Source of the DNA: Anaerolineae bacterium
GTDB lineage: Bacteria > Chloroflexota > Anaerolineae > B4-G1 > SLSP01
NCBI GenBank assembly: GCA_026991395.1
Contig: JALXBP010000117.1
Span: forward strand, 29,458-93,457
Length of the DNA stretch: 64,000 nt
Direction of reading: 5' to 3'
In this document: positions 29,053-38,051 of the stretch, piece by piece
How the letters are laid out: each line of letters opens with the position of its first letter
Position numbering within the stretch: the stretch's first letter is position 1
The notes under the pieces: generated by a model
Told to the model about the DNA's origin: nothing
Seen by the model: only the letters and a program-made list of their open reading frames with translations
Databases searched by the model: none
Made by a program: the position numbers and the translations under genes

Positions 29053-31027
29053 CGAGCGCTCATCCCCTGTGATCGCCCTCGCCGGACAGCCCAACGTCGG
29101 CAAATCGACCATCTTCAACTGGCTGACCGGCCTCAATCAGCACGTGGGCAACTGGCCGGGCAAGACGATCGAGCAGAAAATCGGCACATTCACCCACAAC
29201 GGACGCCAATACACCGTCGTCGATCTGCCCGGCACCTACAGCCTGACGGCCAACTCCGAAGAGGAACGCATCACCCGCGACTACATCCTCCGCGAGCGCC
29301 CCGATGTCGTCGTCGCCGTCGCCGACGCCGCCGTCCTGGAACGCAGCCTCTACCTGCTCACGGAGTTGATCGCGCTGCCCGTCCCCATCATCCTCGTGCT
29401 GAATATGATGGACGTCGCCGAGCACGAGGGCATCCAGATCGAGCCGAAGGTGCTGCAGGCGGCGTTAGGCATCCCCGTCGTGCCGATGTCCGCCACCCAC
29501 GGCGTCGGCATGGATCGTCTCCTGAGCACCATCGAGGCAACGGTCGATGGCCGCATCCCCTACACACCTTCGCGCCCGCACATCTCCCCCGAACACCAAG
29601 AGGTCGCCGAAAAGCTGAAGGCGATCGTCGCCCCCATCCTCCCCGATCTCTACCCGCCCGACTGGGTCGCCCTCAAGCTGCTGGAAGGCGACGGCGAGAT
29701 GATCGCTCTCGTCCGAGAACGCCTCTCGCCGGAGCAGTGGAAGGCGGTCGATGCCCTGCTCTACCGCCACGAGGATGCCGTCCTCGACATTGCGAGTGCC
29801 CGCTACGCCTGGATCGAGCGGATGATCCGGGCCGCCGTAACCCGTCCCCGCGTCGGCCAGGTGAGCTTTACCGGTCGGCTGGACAACGTCCTCACACATC
29901 CGCTGTGGGGAATGCTCATCCTCCTGGCCGTCCTGGGGGGCGTCTTCTGGCTCACTTACACCATCGGGGCACCGCTGCAGGGCTGGATGGGCGATTGGGC
30001 GCAGAAGCTGGCCGGCCTCAGTCGGCAGCAGCTTGCGGCGGCACCTCCCTGGCTGACCGCTCTCATCGCCGACGGGCTGATCGGCGGCGTGGGGCTGGTC
30101 ATCACCTTCCTCCCCATCCTCATCATCTTCTTCGCCGTGATGGCGGTATTGGAGGATACCGGCTACATGGCCCGCATCGCCTACCTCACCGACCGCTTCA
30201 TGCACGCGATGGGGCTGCACGGCAAGAGCTTCATCCCCTTGCTCCTCGGCTTCGGCTGCAACGTTCCGGCAGTGCTCGGCACGCGCATCATCGAGACCAA
30301 GCGGGCCAGGCTGCTGACCATCCTGCTCGCTCCCCTGGTGCCATGCACGGCGCGGATGGCGGTCATCACCGTGCTGACGCCGCTCTTCTTCCACAGCTAC
30401 GCGCCGCTCATCGCCTGGGGGCTGGTCACGATGAACGTGATCGTCCTCGCCCTCCTGGGCATCCTGCTCCACCGCCTCCTTTTCCACGGCGAGCAAGCCT
30501 CCTTCATTATGGAGTTGCCTCTCTACCACCTGCCCAACCTGCGCACCATCGGCCTCTACGTCTGGCAGAACCTCCTCGCTTTCCTGCAGAAAGCCGGCTC
30601 GACCATCCTCCTCGTCTCGCTCCTCGTCTGGGCGCTGGCCTACTTCCCCGGCGGCGTGCAGAGCGAGAGCTACCTCGTCGCCTTCGGCCACGCCCTGGAG
30701 CCGCTCGGTCGGCTGATGGGGCTTTCGTGGCAAGCACTGACGGCGCTCCTGACCAGCTTCGTCGCCAAGGAGAATACCATCGCCACACTGGGCATCCTCT
30801 ACGGCAGCGATCTGGCCGCAGCATTGCCGCACTCCCTTTCTCCGGCCTCCGCGCTGGCCTTCCTCGTCGTGCAGATGCTCTTCGTCCCCTGCGCGGCAAC
30901 CGTCGCGGTCATCCGGCAGGAGGCGGGGAATCGCTGGGCGCTCTTCAGCGTGGCCCTGCTGCTCTTCATCTCGGTCCTGGCCGGCATCCTCGTCTATCAA
31001 CTCGGTGCGGTGTTGGGGTTGGGCTGA
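29045..31027 (+). CDS. feoB: ferrous iron transporter FeoB (G-protein domain plus permease)
   Basis: Probable TTG start at 29045 (GGGAGG SD 6 nt upstream, overlapping feoA stop): MTDERSSPVIALAGQPNVGKSTIFNWLTG (G1), DLPGTYSL (G3), NMMD (G4), then gate motifs/polytopic permease. Listed ORF start 29000 is alternative. Confidence 0.9.
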   Translation: MTDERSSPVIALAGQPNVGKSTIFNWLTGLNQHVGNWPGKTIEQKIGTFTHNGRQYTVVDLPGTYSLTANSEEERITRDYILRERPDVVVAVADAAVLERSLYLLTELIALPVPIILVLNMMDVAEHEGIQIEPKVLQAALGIPVVPMSATHGVGMDRLLSTIEATVDGRIPYTPSRPHISPEHQEVAEKLKAIVAPILPDLYPPDWVALKLLEGDGEMIALVRERLSPEQWKAVDALLYRHEDAVLDIASARYAWIERMIRAAVTRPRVGQVSFTGRLDNVLTHPLWGMLILLAVLGGVFWLTYTIGAPLQGWMGDWAQKLAGLSRQQLAAAPPWLTALIADGLIGGVGLVITFLPILIIFFAVMAVLEDTGYMARIAYLTDRFMHAMGLHGKSFIPLLLGFGCNVPAVLGTRIIETKRARLLTILLAPLVPCTARMAVITVLTPLFFHSYAPLIAWGLVTMNVIVLALLGILLHRLLFHGEQASFIMELPLYHLPNLRTIGLYVWQNLLAFLQKAGSTILLVSLLVWALAYFPGGVQSESYLVAFGHALEPLGRLMGLSWQALTALLTSFVAKENTIATLGILYGSDLAAALPHSLSPASALAFLVVQMLFVPCAATVAVIRQEAGNRWALFSVALLLFISVLAGILVYQLGAVLGLG

Positions 31028-31299
31028 TGGGGCTGATGGACGACCTCCTGCGCCTCCTCGACGGGGGGCCGATGCTCACCGTCGAAACGATGGCGGCGCG
31101 GCTCCACGTCCACCCTGCCCTCGTTTCGATGATGCTGGAGCGGTTGACGGCGGAGGGCTACCTGCGCACCTCACCGCCGACCTGCACCGTCTCGAACGCC
31201 TGCGAAGGGTGCCCCCTTCACGCTTCCTGCGCCCTGCGTCCCCAGCGGCAGATGTGGACGCTCACGGACAAAGGACATCGACACTTGAAACGGGAGTAA
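31027..31299 (+). CDS. feoC: FeoC-like winged-helix protein with 4-Cys cluster
   Basis: 90 aa, TGATG overlap with feoB stop; MGLMDDLLRLLDGGPMLTVETMAARLHVHPALVSMMLERLTAEGYLR...CTVSNACEGCPLHASCAL. Only the terminal 90 aa of track ORF 29737..31299 is real. Confidence 0.6.
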   Translation: MGLMDDLLRLLDGGPMLTVETMAARLHVHPALVSMMLERLTAEGYLRTSPPTCTVSNACEGCPLHASCALRPQRQMWTLTDKGHRHLKRE

Positions 31300-31410
31300 A
31301 TTCCCGTCCGGCATGCTTTCTTCCACAGAGAACGCTGTTGCCCAAAACGCCGCTTTGCTCCATACTACAGGTACCGGCCTGTTCACAGCTCCAGGCAAAG
31401 AAGGTGGACG

Positions 31411-34400
31411 ATGCAAGAAAGCGCCGGGGAGCCTGTCCCTCAGCTCGATGTGCGGATGTTTGGCGGTCTGGAGATCACCTACCGCGAGGAGGAGACGTCG
31501 CCGCCACATCCTCTGACGCTGCCGCCCACGGCCAAGTCGCAATCGCTGCTGGCGTACCTCATTTTGCACAGCGAACCGCCTCCCACGAGGGAGCGCCTGG
31601 CAACGCTCTTCTGGGGCGACCGGCCGCCGCGCCGGGCACGCCGCTCCCTTTCGACCGCCCTCTGGCACATCCGCCGTTGCTGCCCGCTCAATCCGTTGCA
31701 GAGCGAAGGTCAAACCATCCGCTTCGCCTTTCCGGGGAAGCTCCACCTCGACGTGGCGGCCTTCGAGCTTTTGACCGCTGCCGATGCCTCCCTCGCCCAA
31801 CTGGAAGAGGGGGTCGCGCTCTACCGGGGCGATTTTCTGGAGGGTCTGTACGATGACTGGATCATCCTCCTCCGCTACCGCTGGCAATCGCGCTATCTCG
31901 ATGCCCTCCTTCGCCTGATGCAGCTACAGGAGGCGGGGGGCGAGGATCGGAAGGCGCTCCAGACGGCCCTGCGCCTGCTCGAACTGGACGAGCTTTCGGA
32001 AGCGGCGTGCCAGACGGCGCTGCGGACCTATGCGCGGCTGGGACAGCGGGAACCCGCCCTCGAACTCTACCGCCGCTTCGAAGCGCGCCTGCAGGAGGCG
32101 TTGGGCATCCCGCCCTCGGAGGAAACGGTCGCCCTCTACCGCCGGGTGCTGGAAAGTGGTCCGCAGGAGACCTCCGCCACGCCGGGACCCCTCCTCTGGG
32201 CCAAAACTGAGCACCGACGGGAGCAGCACGGCACGGCTGCCCCCTTCGTCGGGCGCGAGGCGGAGATGGACTTCTGGAGACAGTTCTGGCCGCACGCCAT
32301 GGCCGGGGGAGAACGCATCCTCTTCGTTGCCGGAGAAGCCGGTGTGGGCAAGAGCCGCCTGGTCGAACAGTTCGCCGCTTACGTCGCGCGGCGGGGAGGC
32401 TACGTCGCGACGGGGCACTGCTCCGCCTTCGAGCAGGCCCAGCCCTACGCCCCCCTCACCGAATGGCTCCAGGAGGCGCTGATGCGGAGCGGCCCATACG
32501 CCCTGGAAGCCCTTTCGCCGTGGGAACTGGGCAATCTGGCCCTGCTCCTCCCCGAACTGCGTTCGCCCTCGCTTCCCACGCCGCCGACCTTCACGGAGGC
32601 GGAGCAGCGGCACCTCTTCCAGGCCGCGCTCCACCTCCTGCTGACCATCGCGCAGCGCAGGCCGATGCTCCTCATCGCGGAGGACCTGCACTGGGCGCAC
32701 GATTCGTGGCTGGCCTGGCTGCGCTTCCTCGCCCGCCGCAGCGGACAGGCGCGGCTGGTCGTCGTCGGCACCTACCGCCAGGAGGAAGTCCCCACCAGAC
32801 ACCCCCTCGCCCATCTCGTCGTGGAACTTGTGAGGGCCGGGGCGGCAACCCGGCTCGATCTGCAGCCGCTTTCCCTGCGGGCATTGGGCCAATGGTTCCC
32901 CGACGCCCCCTTCTCCTTCCTCCACCAACTCCACCGCCACACGGAGGGCAACCCCTTCTTCATCCTGGAGACCTTGCGGGCGTTGCAGGAGCGGTACGGC
33001 CAACGCGCGACCGCGCAACCGTGGCAGCTCGCCGCCGTCGAACGGATGCCCATTCCGGAGACGGTACGGCAGGCGATCCGGCTCCGCCGCGATCGACTCG
33101 GCCCGGAGGCCCGCCGTGCGCTGGAGGTCGCCGCCGTCATCGGGCGCACCCTCGATCTGGAGCTGTGGCAGCGGGCCTGGGGCCGCCCGGAGGGGGACCT
33201 CCTCGCGGTGCTGGACGGCTTGCTGCGTCGGCAATGGCTGGTCGAGGGGCGCGGCACCTTCGCCGAGGATTACGAGTTCGCCCATCATCTGGGCCGCGAG
33301 ACGCTCTACGCCGACCTGCCGGCAGAGCGACGCCGCACCCTCCATCGCCGCGTCGCCGAGGCGATCGAGCAGATGGCCACCCCGGATCACCCCCGCAGCG
33401 CGGAGATCGCCCTCCATTACCTCCGCGCGGAAGCGTGGGAGCAGGCCTGGCCCCACCTCCTGCAGGCCGGCGATCAGGCGGTAGGCATGGCGGCCACCGA
33501 CGAGGCGCTGGCCTGCTACCGTCAGGCGCAGAGCGTCCATCGCCATCTGCCCGAGGAACGACGGCGGCCCCTGGACGGGGCGGTACTGGAGCGGAGGATC
33601 GGCGAGGTTTACTTCCGTCGCGGGGAGTACGAGCGGGCACGGAAGCATCTGTTGCGGGCCTTGCGGATGCTGGGGCACCCCTTCCCGACCGAGCCGTGGC
33701 GGATTTGGCAGGGCGTGGGAGCGGCGTTGCTGCGTCAGTTCGGACGGCGGCTTTTCGCCGTGAGGCAGCGTGAACGCAACAAGCCGCAGGATGCAGAGGC
33801 CGCCGCCGTGAAAGAGGAAGTCCTCGCCTACACCTCCTTGGGCTGGATCGATAGTCTGCAAGGGCGGTACGCCCCTTACCTCCTCGTTGCGCTGCGGGCG
33901 CTCAACGCCTCGGAAAACGGGGCCTTCCCGCAAGGCGAAGCCTATGCCGCGACGGCCTTGGGCATCGCCTGCGACTTCCTCCCCGCCTTTCGCCTGGCGA
34001 CCTACTTCCACCGGCGGGCGGCAGCGCAGACCCCCTTCCTCGTCCGCCCGTCGGCACTGGGCTTCGTCCATTTCGGGATGGCCTACCACGCCTACCTCCT
34101 GGCCGACGAATCGCAGGCGCTGGAGGAGGCCCGTCTGGCCGCCGACGCCTACCGCCGCGCCGGAGACCCGCATCGCTGGGCGCTGGCCGTCCTCATCCAG
34201 GGCTACATCCACGGCTACCGCGGCGAACTGGAGCGCGTCGAAACGCTCGCCGCCGAGCTTTGGGAGACGGGCGAAAGCATGCGCGATCCCAGCGCCTGCT
34301 GCGCGGCGGAGTCCCTGCGCGGTCGCATCGCCCGCTGGGCGGGAGGCTGTGCCGAGGCGGCGGAGCACTTCCGCGCAGCCGCTGATTTCGCCGCCCAGGT

Positions 34401-34920
34401 GCCCGATCATATGAGCCGCGTGGAAAACCTGGGGCAACTGGCCCGCTGTCTGGCCCGCCAGGGAGCATCGGAGGCCGCTGAAGAGGCCGTCCGCCAGGGA
34501 ATGCGCATAGCTCGAGAGGAAGATGTGCGCGGCGATTCCCTCGCCTACTTCCTCCACGGCGCGGCGGAAGCCTCCTTGCTGCTGGCCGATCACTCGGTCG
34601 AGTGCCGCCACAGGCTGCGGCGGCTCTTCCGCGCCGCCCACCGAGCCACACGGGCCTTCCGTCCTCTCCTCCCCGCCCAGCTCCGCCTGGAGGGCATGCT
34701 CGCCTGGCGGACGGGGCATCCGCGCCGGGCGCGGCGGCTGTGGCAGCGGAGCCTGCTCGCCGCCCGGCACCTCCACCATCCCCTCGACTGGGGCGCGACG
34801 GCCTTCGAGATGGGGCACTGCTTGGGCCAACCCGTCCTGATGGGACAGGGCGAGGCCCGCCTGTCGGAAGCAGGCGCAGAAGGCGAATTGCACCATCTCC
34901 GGCACTTCTGCACCGCCTAA
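31411..34920 (+). CDS. AfsR/SARP-family transcriptional regulator: OmpR-type wHTH plus BTAD plus NB-ARC/AAA ATPase plus TPR
   Basis: 1169 aa; SD AAGGTGG then ATG. N-term QLDVRMFGGLEITYRE...SLLAYLILH...RERLATLFWGD (wHTH), BTAD (GDFLEGLYDDWIILLRYRWQSRYLDALLRL), P-loop FVAGEAGVGKSRLV, long TPR-like helical C-terminus. Confidence 0.8.
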   Translation: MQESAGEPVPQLDVRMFGGLEITYREEETSPPHPLTLPPTAKSQSLLAYLILHSEPPPTRERLATLFWGDRPPRRARRSLSTALWHIRRCCPLNPLQSEGQTIRFAFPGKLHLDVAAFELLTAADASLAQLEEGVALYRGDFLEGLYDDWIILLRYRWQSRYLDALLRLMQLQEAGGEDRKALQTALRLLELDELSEAACQTALRTYARLGQREPALELYRRFEARLQEALGIPPSEETVALYRRVLESGPQETSATPGPLLWAKTEHRREQHGTAAPFVGREAEMDFWRQFWPHAMAGGERILFVAGEAGVGKSRLVEQFAAYVARRGGYVATGHCSAFEQAQPYAPLTEWLQEALMRSGPYALEALSPWELGNLALLLPELRSPSLPTPPTFTEAEQRHLFQAALHLLLTIAQRRPMLLIAEDLHWAHDSWLAWLRFLARRSGQARLVVVGTYRQEEVPTRHPLAHLVVELVRAGAATRLDLQPLSLRALGQWFPDAPFSFLHQLHRHTEGNPFFILETLRALQERYGQRATAQPWQLAAVERMPIPETVRQAIRLRRDRLGPEARRALEVAAVIGRTLDLELWQRAWGRPEGDLLAVLDGLLRRQWLVEGRGTFAEDYEFAHHLGRETLYADLPAERRRTLHRRVAEAIEQMATPDHPRSAEIALHYLRAEAWEQAWPHLLQAGDQAVGMAATDEALACYRQAQSVHRHLPEERRRPLDGAVLERRIGEVYFRRGEYERARKHLLRALRMLGHPFPTEPWRIWQGVGAALLRQFGRRLFAVRQRERNKPQDAEAAAVKEEVLAYTSLGWIDSLQGRYAPYLLVALRALNASENGAFPQGEAYAATALGIACDFLPAFRLATYFHRRAAAQTPFLVRPSALGFVHFGMAYHAYLLADESQALEEARLAADAYRRAGDPHRWALAVLIQGYIHGYRGELERVETLAAELWETGESMRDPSACCAAESLRGRIARWAGGCAEAAEHFRAAADFAAQVPDHMSRVENLGQLARCLARQGASEAAEEAVRQGMRIAREEDVRGDSLAYFLHGAAEASLLLADHSVECRHRLRRLFRAAHRATRAFRPLLPAQLRLEGMLAWRTGHPRRARRLWQRSLLAARHLHHPLDWGATAFEMGHCLGQPVLMGQGEARLSEAGAEGELHHLRHFCTA

Positions 34921-35003
34921 TCCCCCCTTTTTGGCACTTTTTTGACACCTCCTCCCTACAATCGAAGCGATCGATTCCCTTTCACCGTGTGAGGAGGTGG
35001 ACT

Positions 35004-35252
35004 GTGCCATTCCACCACAACACCTTCGTCGTCCGTCTCTGGTGGGCCGAGTCACACTCCGCCGACGGACGGTCGGCTCGACGGTGGTACGGGCGAATCG
35101 AGCATGTCCAGAGCGGCGAAGGAGCCGAGTTTCACGATGTGCATGCACTGCTGCGCTTCATCGAATCATTCACCGGCGCGATTTTCGGCCCGGAAGGCGA
35201 GGGGGAAGGAGGTGATGTGGACATAGCAAGCGTCGATACAGACAAGGAGTGA
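35004..35252 (+). CDS. small acidic hypothetical protein (82 aa)
   Basis: GTG 35004 preceded by GAGGAGGTGG. VPFHHNTFVVRLWWAESHSADGRSARRWYGRIEHVQSGEGAEFHDVHALLRFIESFTGAIFGPEGEGEGGDVDIASVDTDKE. Embedded in the shadow ORF 34602..35252 in the track. Confidence 0.45.
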   Translation: MPFHHNTFVVRLWWAESHSADGRSARRWYGRIEHVQSGEGAEFHDVHALLRFIESFTGAIFGPEGEGEGGDVDIASVDTDKE

Positions 35253-35297
35253 ATTCGATTTGTCATCCAATCAGCATCCATCGAAAAGGAGGTTACG

Positions 35298-37607
35298 ATG
35301 CGACGTACAAAGACTTTGTTCGTAGTGGCAGCGATGGGCATCGCAGTTCTGCTCCTCATCGCCACCGGCTTTAGCGTACGGGCCGGCTCGCAGGGAAGCG
35401 CCCCCCGCGCTCCCGCGGCGGCCTCGACGATGGTCTCCGGCACACTCTCCTATCAGGGGCAGCTTCTGGATAGCAACGGCCAGCCGGTGAGCGGGACGGA
35501 GACGATGACCTTCACCCTCTACGCGGCGGCGACGGGCGGCGATCCGCTGTGGCAGACGAGCCAATCGGTCGCCGTCGAGAACGGTCTCTTCGACGTGGTT
35601 CTGGACGTGGACCCCTCGCTCTTCGACGGGCGGGCACTCTGGCTCGGCGTTCAGCTTTCCGGCGAAGCGGAGATGACCCCGCGCCAGCCCCTGATGCCCG
35701 CCCCCTACGCGCTCTCCCTGCGGCCCGGCGCGGTGATCAGCGGCAGCATGGAGCGCACGATCAGCACGGGCGTGCTGTACGTCGTCAACAGCGATGGCTC
35801 ACCGAACGGCGGATACGCCATCGTGGGGCGGAACTACAGCACGGACCCTTGGCGACCGGCCATCTACGGCGAGAACAACGGCCAAAGTGCAGGCATCTAC
35901 GGACGCAGCGACGGGTGGCACGCCGTCGTCGGCTGGAACGAGAGCGACGATTGGGCGGCGGTGTGGGGGCATAACGTCGGCGGTGGCCGGGGCATCTTCG
36001 GGGAAAATATCGGCGCGGGGGCCGGCGGCTACTTCACCAGCACCGCCGGGACCGGGCTGGTCGGGGAGAGCGGCGGCGGCGTCGGCATCGGCGTGAAGGG
36101 AAGCGGCCCGGCCGTCGGCGTCTACGGCGAGAGCGAAGATGGCTTCGGCCTCTCCGGCTTCAGCACCAACGACGTCGGCATCCACGGGACGAGCATCAAC
36201 GGCGCGGCGGGCTTCTTCACCAGCACCAACGGCCTCGGTGTGGAGGCCCACGCACGCGGGACGCAGGTCGCCGTGTGGGGAGAGAACGCCGAAACCGGTT
36301 ACGCGGGCTATTTCACCAGCACCGCAGGCACCGGTCTGGCCGGAGAGAGCGGCGGCGGGGTCGGCGTCGGCGTGGTGGGCCGCGGACCGGTCGTCGGGGT
36401 GTACGGCGAGAGCGAGGACGGCTTCGGCCTCTTCGGTCAGAGTACCATCGACGCCGGGGTTCGCGGCACGAGCGCCGGTGGGCCGGGCGGCCAGTTTACC
36501 AGCACCAATGGAGCCGGTATCTACGCGGCAAGCATCAACAGCACGGCCGGCTATTTCACCAGCACCAACGGGGCAGGTGTGCATGCCAACTCGCAGGCCG
36601 ACCGGGTCGCCGTCGTCGGCGAGAACCGCGGGATCGGAACGGGCGGCTACTTCACCAGCACGCAGGGGCTGGGCCTGGCCGCCTCCAGCGCCGACGGCCA
36701 CGCCTTCGCCACCTTGGGCCACTCCCTCATCGACGGCCCCAATCCGATGCAGGTGGCACTGCTGCGCTGGTATCCCGTCATCAGCACGACGCATGCCATC
36801 CCCGTCGGCAATGAGCCGCATGGCATCGCCTTCGACGGGGCCAATATGTGGGTAGCCAATACCTATGATCACAATGTCAGCGTGCTGCGGGCGAACAACG
36901 GCGAACAGGTGATGACCTGCACTACCGGCCTCTTCCCGGACAGCATCGCCTTCGACGGGGTGAATATGTGGGTGGCTAACAGAAGCGCTGGCACAGTCAG
37001 CGTCCTGCGGTCCAGCGACTGTGCCCACGTGATGACCCCCACCGTAGGGAATCTGCCCACACACCTTGCCTTCGACGGTAGCAGAATGTGGGTGGTGAAC
37101 AACGGCAGCGCAAGCGTCAGCGTCCTCGATGCCAGCGACGGGAGTCACGTGATGACCGTCTCCGTCGGGGTTGGCCCGATCGGGATCGCCTTCGACGGGA
37201 TGAATATGTGGGTGGCGAACGCGGCCTCGGGCACGGTCAGCGTCATCAGCCCCGACGGCACCGTGGTGCAAACCGTCAACGTGGGGCACAAGCCCGTCGC
37301 CGTCGCCTTCGACGGGGCGGCTATGTGGGTCACGAACATGGACGACGACACGGTCACCATCATCCGCGCCGCCGACGGCCAGGTGCTGGAGACCATCCCC
37401 GCAGGCGACGGCCCCTCGTCCCTCGCCTTCGACGGGGCCAACATGTGGGTGGGCAACGAACTGGAGGACTCGGTGAGCATCTTCCGCGTCGTAGACCGCC
37501 ATCTGGTAGCCACTATCCCGGTCGGCGACCGCCCCCTCGGGCTTGCCTTCGACGGAGCCAACATATGGGTCACCAACGCCAACGACGACACTGTGATGAA
37601 GCGGTGA
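35298..37607 (+). CDS. secreted fibre-like protein: signal peptide, conserved fibre N-domain, Gly-rich beta-roll-like repeat shaft, C-terminal YVTN-type beta-propeller
   Basis: 769 aa; SD AAAGGAGG. Signal MRRTKTLFVVAAMGIAVLLLIATGFSVRA. N-domain LSYQGQLLDSNGQPVSGTETMTFTLYAAATGGDPLWQTSQSVAVENGLFDVVLD. About 46-aa Gly-rich repeats GYFTSTxGxGLxGESGGGVGxGVxGxGPxVGVYGESEDGFGL. Seven or eight 40-aa repeats IAFDGANMWVAN...TVSVL (YVTN beta-propeller). Confidence 0.8.
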   Translation: MRRTKTLFVVAAMGIAVLLLIATGFSVRAGSQGSAPRAPAAASTMVSGTLSYQGQLLDSNGQPVSGTETMTFTLYAAATGGDPLWQTSQSVAVENGLFDVVLDVDPSLFDGRALWLGVQLSGEAEMTPRQPLMPAPYALSLRPGAVISGSMERTISTGVLYVVNSDGSPNGGYAIVGRNYSTDPWRPAIYGENNGQSAGIYGRSDGWHAVVGWNESDDWAAVWGHNVGGGRGIFGENIGAGAGGYFTSTAGTGLVGESGGGVGIGVKGSGPAVGVYGESEDGFGLSGFSTNDVGIHGTSINGAAGFFTSTNGLGVEAHARGTQVAVWGENAETGYAGYFTSTAGTGLAGESGGGVGVGVVGRGPVVGVYGESEDGFGLFGQSTIDAGVRGTSAGGPGGQFTSTNGAGIYAASINSTAGYFTSTNGAGVHANSQADRVAVVGENRGIGTGGYFTSTQGLGLAASSADGHAFATLGHSLIDGPNPMQVALLRWYPVISTTHAIPVGNEPHGIAFDGANMWVANTYDHNVSVLRANNGEQVMTCTTGLFPDSIAFDGVNMWVANRSAGTVSVLRSSDCAHVMTPTVGNLPTHLAFDGSRMWVVNNGSASVSVLDASDGSHVMTVSVGVGPIGIAFDGMNMWVANAASGTVSVISPDGTVVQTVNVGHKPVAVAFDGAAMWVTNMDDDTVTIIRAADGQVLETIPAGDGPSSLAFDGANMWVGNELEDSVSIFRVVDRHLVATIPVGDRPLGLAFDGANIWVTNANDDTVMKR
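36027..36584 (+). repeat. tandem direct duplication, 2 x 279 bp (93 codons), near-identical, inside the fibre-like gene
   Basis: 36027-36168 (ggctacttcaccagcaccgccggg...ggcttcggcctctccggcttcagcacc) versus 36306-36447 (ggctatttcaccagcaccgcaggc...ggcttcggcctcttcggtcagagtacc) align with few mismatches at 279-bp offset. Confidence 0.7.
36790..37607 (+). repeat. 120-bp periodic coding repeats (gccttcgacgg(g)-N-aatatgtgggt) encoding beta-propeller blades
   Basis: Motif recurs at about 36829, 36949, 37069, 37189, 37309, 37429, 37549. Confidence 0.6.
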
Positions 37608-37618
37608 GGAGGCGGGCG

Positions 37619-37903
37619 ATGAAACGGACTGTTGCCTTGCTCGGCCTGGCCCTGCTCATCGCCGCGCTGCCCGTCCTGGCGCAAAGCTCGGCGGGACACG
37701 ATCTCTCCTGGCATCTCATCGGGAGCAGCAACGGGCGGATGATGAGCGCCGGTCATCAACTGCGGGGATCGGTGGGGCAGCCGCTCATCGCCACCTCCAC
37801 CGATGCCCACCACCGGCTTCACAGCGGCTTCTGGCAATCGGGGATCATCGCCGCAGGCGGCCACTACACCATCTACTTGCCTCTCGTCGCCCGCAACTAT
37901 TGA
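37619..37903 (+). CDS. small secreted hypothetical protein (94 aa)
   Basis: SD GAGGAGG 6 nt upstream, ATG 37619, 11 nt after the upstream stop. Signal peptide MKRTVALLGLALLIAALPVLAQSSAG; mature part HDLSWHLIGSSNGRMMSAGHQLRGSVGQPLIATSTDAHHRLHSGFWQSGIIAAGGHYTIYLPLVARNY. Only the C-terminal part of track ORF 37088..37903. Confidence 0.6.
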   Translation: MKRTVALLGLALLIAALPVLAQSSAGHDLSWHLIGSSNGRMMSAGHQLRGSVGQPLIATSTDAHHRLHSGFWQSGIIAAGGHYTIYLPLVARNY

Positions 37904-37910
37904 TCCGCAA

Positions 37911-37940
37911 GGGGAGGAGGCTGCGTTTCGCCTCCTCCCC
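37911..37940 (+). terminator. hairpin GGGGAGGAGGC-N8-GCCTCCTCCCC after the small secreted gene
   Basis: 11-bp perfect stem; no U tract. Confidence 0.4.
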
Positions 37941-38016
37941 GCCGCTTCCCCGCCCCGACGGCGAAAGCGGCAACTTCCGGCGCGCGGCAGGCCCGCTCCC
38001 GCGTGCCGCCTCTCTC

Positions 38017-38044
38017 TTGACCCGCACCCCGCCTCCTTTACAAT
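38017..38044 (+). promoter_or_regulatory. sigma70-type promoter for miaB (TTGACC-16-TACAAT), transcript probably leaderless
   Basis: -35 38017-38022, -10 38039-38044; the ATG at 38052 is 7 nt after the -10 and has no SD. Confidence 0.5.
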
Positions 38045-38051
38045 CCCCGCT

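Noticed and set aside
29737-31299. 520-aa plus-strand ORF inside feoB
   Set aside because: Out of frame with the well-conserved FeoB. Only its last 90 codons (FeoC-like, 31027..31299) are credible.
34932-34962. sigma54-like TGGCAC-N5-TTGAC and a TTGACA/TACAAT pair upstream of the small ORF at 35004
   Set aside because: The -12 element is TTGA, not TTGC. The TTGACA-TACAAT spacing is only 9 nt, so neither fits a functional sigma70 or sigma54 promoter. Kept as uncertain.
37088-37903. 271-aa ORF overlapping the end of the fibre gene
   Set aside because: The upstream part is Arg/Gly shadow. The credible gene starts at ATG 37619 with SD and signal peptide.
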